Assembly: GCF_009914755.1 (NCBI RefSeq)
Contig: NC_060946.1
From: the human T2T-CHM13v2.0 reference genome, Homo sapiens
Direction: 5' to 3' (one strand)
Length of the DNA stretch: 64,000 bases
In this document: positions 61,541 to 64,000 of the stretch, piece by piece
Position numbering within the stretch: the stretch's first letter is position 1
How the letters are laid out: every line of letters begins with the position of its first letter
Program-made: the position numbers and the translations under genes
The notes under the pieces: generated by a model
What the model was told of the DNA's origin: nothing
What the model saw: only the letters and a program-made list of their open reading frames with translations
Databases searched by the model: none

Positions 61541-62319
61541 TTTCTTAACTGCAAAATGGAGACAATCCCTGTGAGGATGAACAATCCCTGTGAAAATTCA
61601 ACAGGATGAGGAATGGTGGCTCACGTCCATAATCCCAGCACTTTGAGAGGGAGGCCAAGGTGGGAGGTTTCTCTCCTAGATGGGCAGCATTGATAGGCAC
61701 AGGCCCTGGGAAGGGGAAAATATGGCCCGGGCCACTGGGAGATAGCAGAGCTCCTAAGGAAATCGGCCACTGGCAGAAGGGTGGCTTTCTCTGGGCTGGG
61801 CTGTCTCACTCTTAAGGCAGCTCCGAAATTGTCCAGCCCAAGAAAAGGGTTGAGAATCCAAGCACCGGGCTTTTGGATGGAACCTGGCTTAGGCAAGCTG
61901 TTCTCATCCTTGCCCACATCTAAGGATCTAGTACTAAGGATCAAGTACTAGATCTAGAGTAGGCTGGAGGCTGTCCCCTCTCTCCTCCCCCCAGGAATAG
62001 ACAATTCCTAAAGAGCCATGAAGTACCCCGTTCTCCAGGCTCTGCTGCCACCACCAACTGGCTAAGGGAACTGGAGCGGTTTCTAACTTTGTGGAACCTG
62101 TTTCCAGTGTAGAAAAGCATCTGCGGTAGCAAGCACAATGATGTATCCTGTGTTGATGGGATGGATAGGTGGTCAAGAAGGGGCACCAGGACAGTTATGT
62201 CCATCCGAGGCTGTCACTGTAAGGAGGACCAATCGTTTCTTGGAGTCTGTAAGGGCTGGGCCACTCCCATTCTCTCCATCCCAAAAGGGACCCCAGAAAC
62301 CAAGCAAGCCAGGAGCAGG

Positions 62320-64000
62320 CAGAAGGCTATTATGTATCATGCTTTTAATACAAACTTAAAAAAATCTGGAACAATAGAAACTGTACAGATTTGATCAATC
62401 TTTTTGTTTTGTTTTTAAACTAAAATCTCTAAACACACCAATGTCCCATTCCAAAATATTGCACAACATTCTGAATACAAAACCCTTGATTGTATTCCTC
62501 CTTCACTAAAGAAAAAAGTTCATGACCCTGCTCCCCGGGCTCCTCTCCAGGCTTGCCTCAATGCCCCCTTCCCATCCCTAGGGAGAAAACTAGAGAATCT
62601 ATAACTCACTGCATTGAGAAAAAGACATCATTCTGGACTAACAGTTTCCATTCTTCAGAAGATAATCCACCTTTTGATTTGTTCCTGGGAAAGAGGGATA
62701 GATAGAGGATGGGGAAAGGGGAGAAAAGGTTTTATTTCTCCTCTTTTTTTTTTAAAGTTTGTTTTTCCTGAAAAAATATGTTTCTCTCATCTTTTTAAGA
62801 AAAAATCTTGAAAAGAAAAAAATTATGTTTTTTACGTTAGAAATATACATATATTATATACCTCTTACATTTTACAAATGTAGCAAATTATTCAATACAA
62901 ACGGACACCAAAAAATGTAAAAAATAAAAAAAAGTTTTCCTACGAAACCAGGTAAATTAGTGCAGATTTCTGTTTTTGTATTCTTAAAAAAAATAAAATT
63001 GAAGCAAAAATGCCTAGATTTGAGACAAGACAGACTGAACTAGGCCCAAGAGCGCAGCACTGGAGTCATGCTCCTGAACACACATTTTTCTTCGTATTTC
63101 AAAAGACACAAAGGGGTTGGTCTCCCCTCTCTCCCTACATGTGAGAAACAAGCCGACCTGGTGTGGGTGGGTGCCTGTGTGTGTGGATGGGAGGAGGGCT
63201 AGAAGGGGATGTAAGGCAGCATCCAACCTTTCCCAGAGAGAAGCTATCTGCTGGGTCTGTCACCTGTGTGGGAGCCGAGGATGAGGGAAACAAAGGGTGG
63301 CCCAGACTGGGCTGGCCCCTGAGAAGTCTAGGGGAACAGATGGTGCTGGGCTGAGAAGCCAGGACATTGCCTGCCGGGGGAGGTAGAGCTGGTGCCTACT
63401 GCAGGGAGAGGAGGCTGGCAGTGCTGGCCTGGGCTGGACCCACTGCCATAACAGTTGCCTACTTGGGGTCCCTGGGTAGGATGGAGTGGGTGGGGTGCCA
63501 GGGGCTTTGGTGCTTTCTGGTGATTGGGACCCTGATGCCAAGTGCCCACTTTGCAAAGAAGAAAAAGTTAATGACCCTGCTCCCTTGGCTCCTGTCCATG
63601 CTTGCCTGGCCTCCTAGAGTTGGAGGAACAAGCCCTCTCCTGGCAGAGGCAGGAGAGCAAGTGCTCTCCTATGATCCAATACATCAGGCGGGAGTGCTGA
63701 GTCCGTCAGGACACCACTCCTCGCAGCATCAAGGTCCAGTGGGGTTGGGTCAGGGCAGTGAGAAGGGGTGGCAAGAGGTACCAAGAAGCTCTCAACCAGG
63801 CAGGGGCACAAATGCACTCAACACCTCCAAACTAAGAGACCCCAAAGTCTCAACTCCAGGCTCAGGGCTGCCCCCGCACAGACACTAACTCTAAAATCCC
63901 ACCCTGCCTCTCTGCCCACCCCCAAGGGTGCTCAGGTGAGCAGCTCCCTCTGGGCTAAGGCCAAACAACAGGAGGGTTGAAGTCCAGGGACTTCTCATAG
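62320..64000 (-). other. TOB2: 3' UTR terminus of a convergent gene, most likely TOB2 (CDS lies beyond the window end)
   Basis: Alu-free; U/AU-rich on the minus strand; ATTAAA signal at 62344-62349 (minus); miR-25/92 8mer and CPE-like motifs in minus-strand sense. Gene name comes from recalled TEF-TOB2 tail-to-tail order, not from coding sequence. Confidence 0.8.
62344..62349 (-). terminator. TOB2: Poly(A) signal of the minus-strand gene
   Basis: Plus-strand TTTAAT = ATTAAA on minus, at the edge of the AT-rich block; a second minus-strand AATAAA lies at 62731-62736. Confidence 0.7.

Noticed and set aside
63367-63888. 173-aa plus-strand ORF
   Set aside because: TTG start, antisense to the inferred 3' UTR, no domain or splice support

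Overview
Eukaryotic, primate (very probably human chr22q13.2) genomic DNA; by eye roughly half is Alu. The only protein-coding content I can support is the PAR-bZIP transcription factor gene TEF on the + strand: four coding exons (10872-11028, 16178-16495, 22918-23138, 24567-24782; 157+318+221+216 = 912 nt = 303 aa + stop, all introns GT-AG), a CpG-island promoter with three CACGTG E-boxes, and an Alu-free ~3.4 kb 3' UTR ending near 28150. The last ~1.7 kb is the 3' UTR end of a convergent minus-strand gene, most likely TOB2 (assigned from recalled gene order; its CDS is outside the window). Also present: a full-length U6 retrocopy inside an Alu, a Tigger2a-type DNA transposon, a MaLR LTR, and old L1 fragments broken up by nested Alus. 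Almost all ORF-track entries are Alu or GC-rich artefacts. I found no new protein-coding system. The two best hypotheses are regulatory. (1) An orphan CpG island ~14.7 kb past the TEF 3' end carries a perfect PAR-bZIP palindrome GTTACGTAAC exactly 20 bp from a CRE-like site, with a strong splice donor downstream: a candidate TEF-family feedback element or lncRNA promoter. (2) TEF exon 2 is bracketed ~300 nt away by inverted Alus; circularised, it is a stop-free 106-codon loop containing a strong-Kozak AUG. Repeat boundaries and subfamily calls are by eye and approximate.
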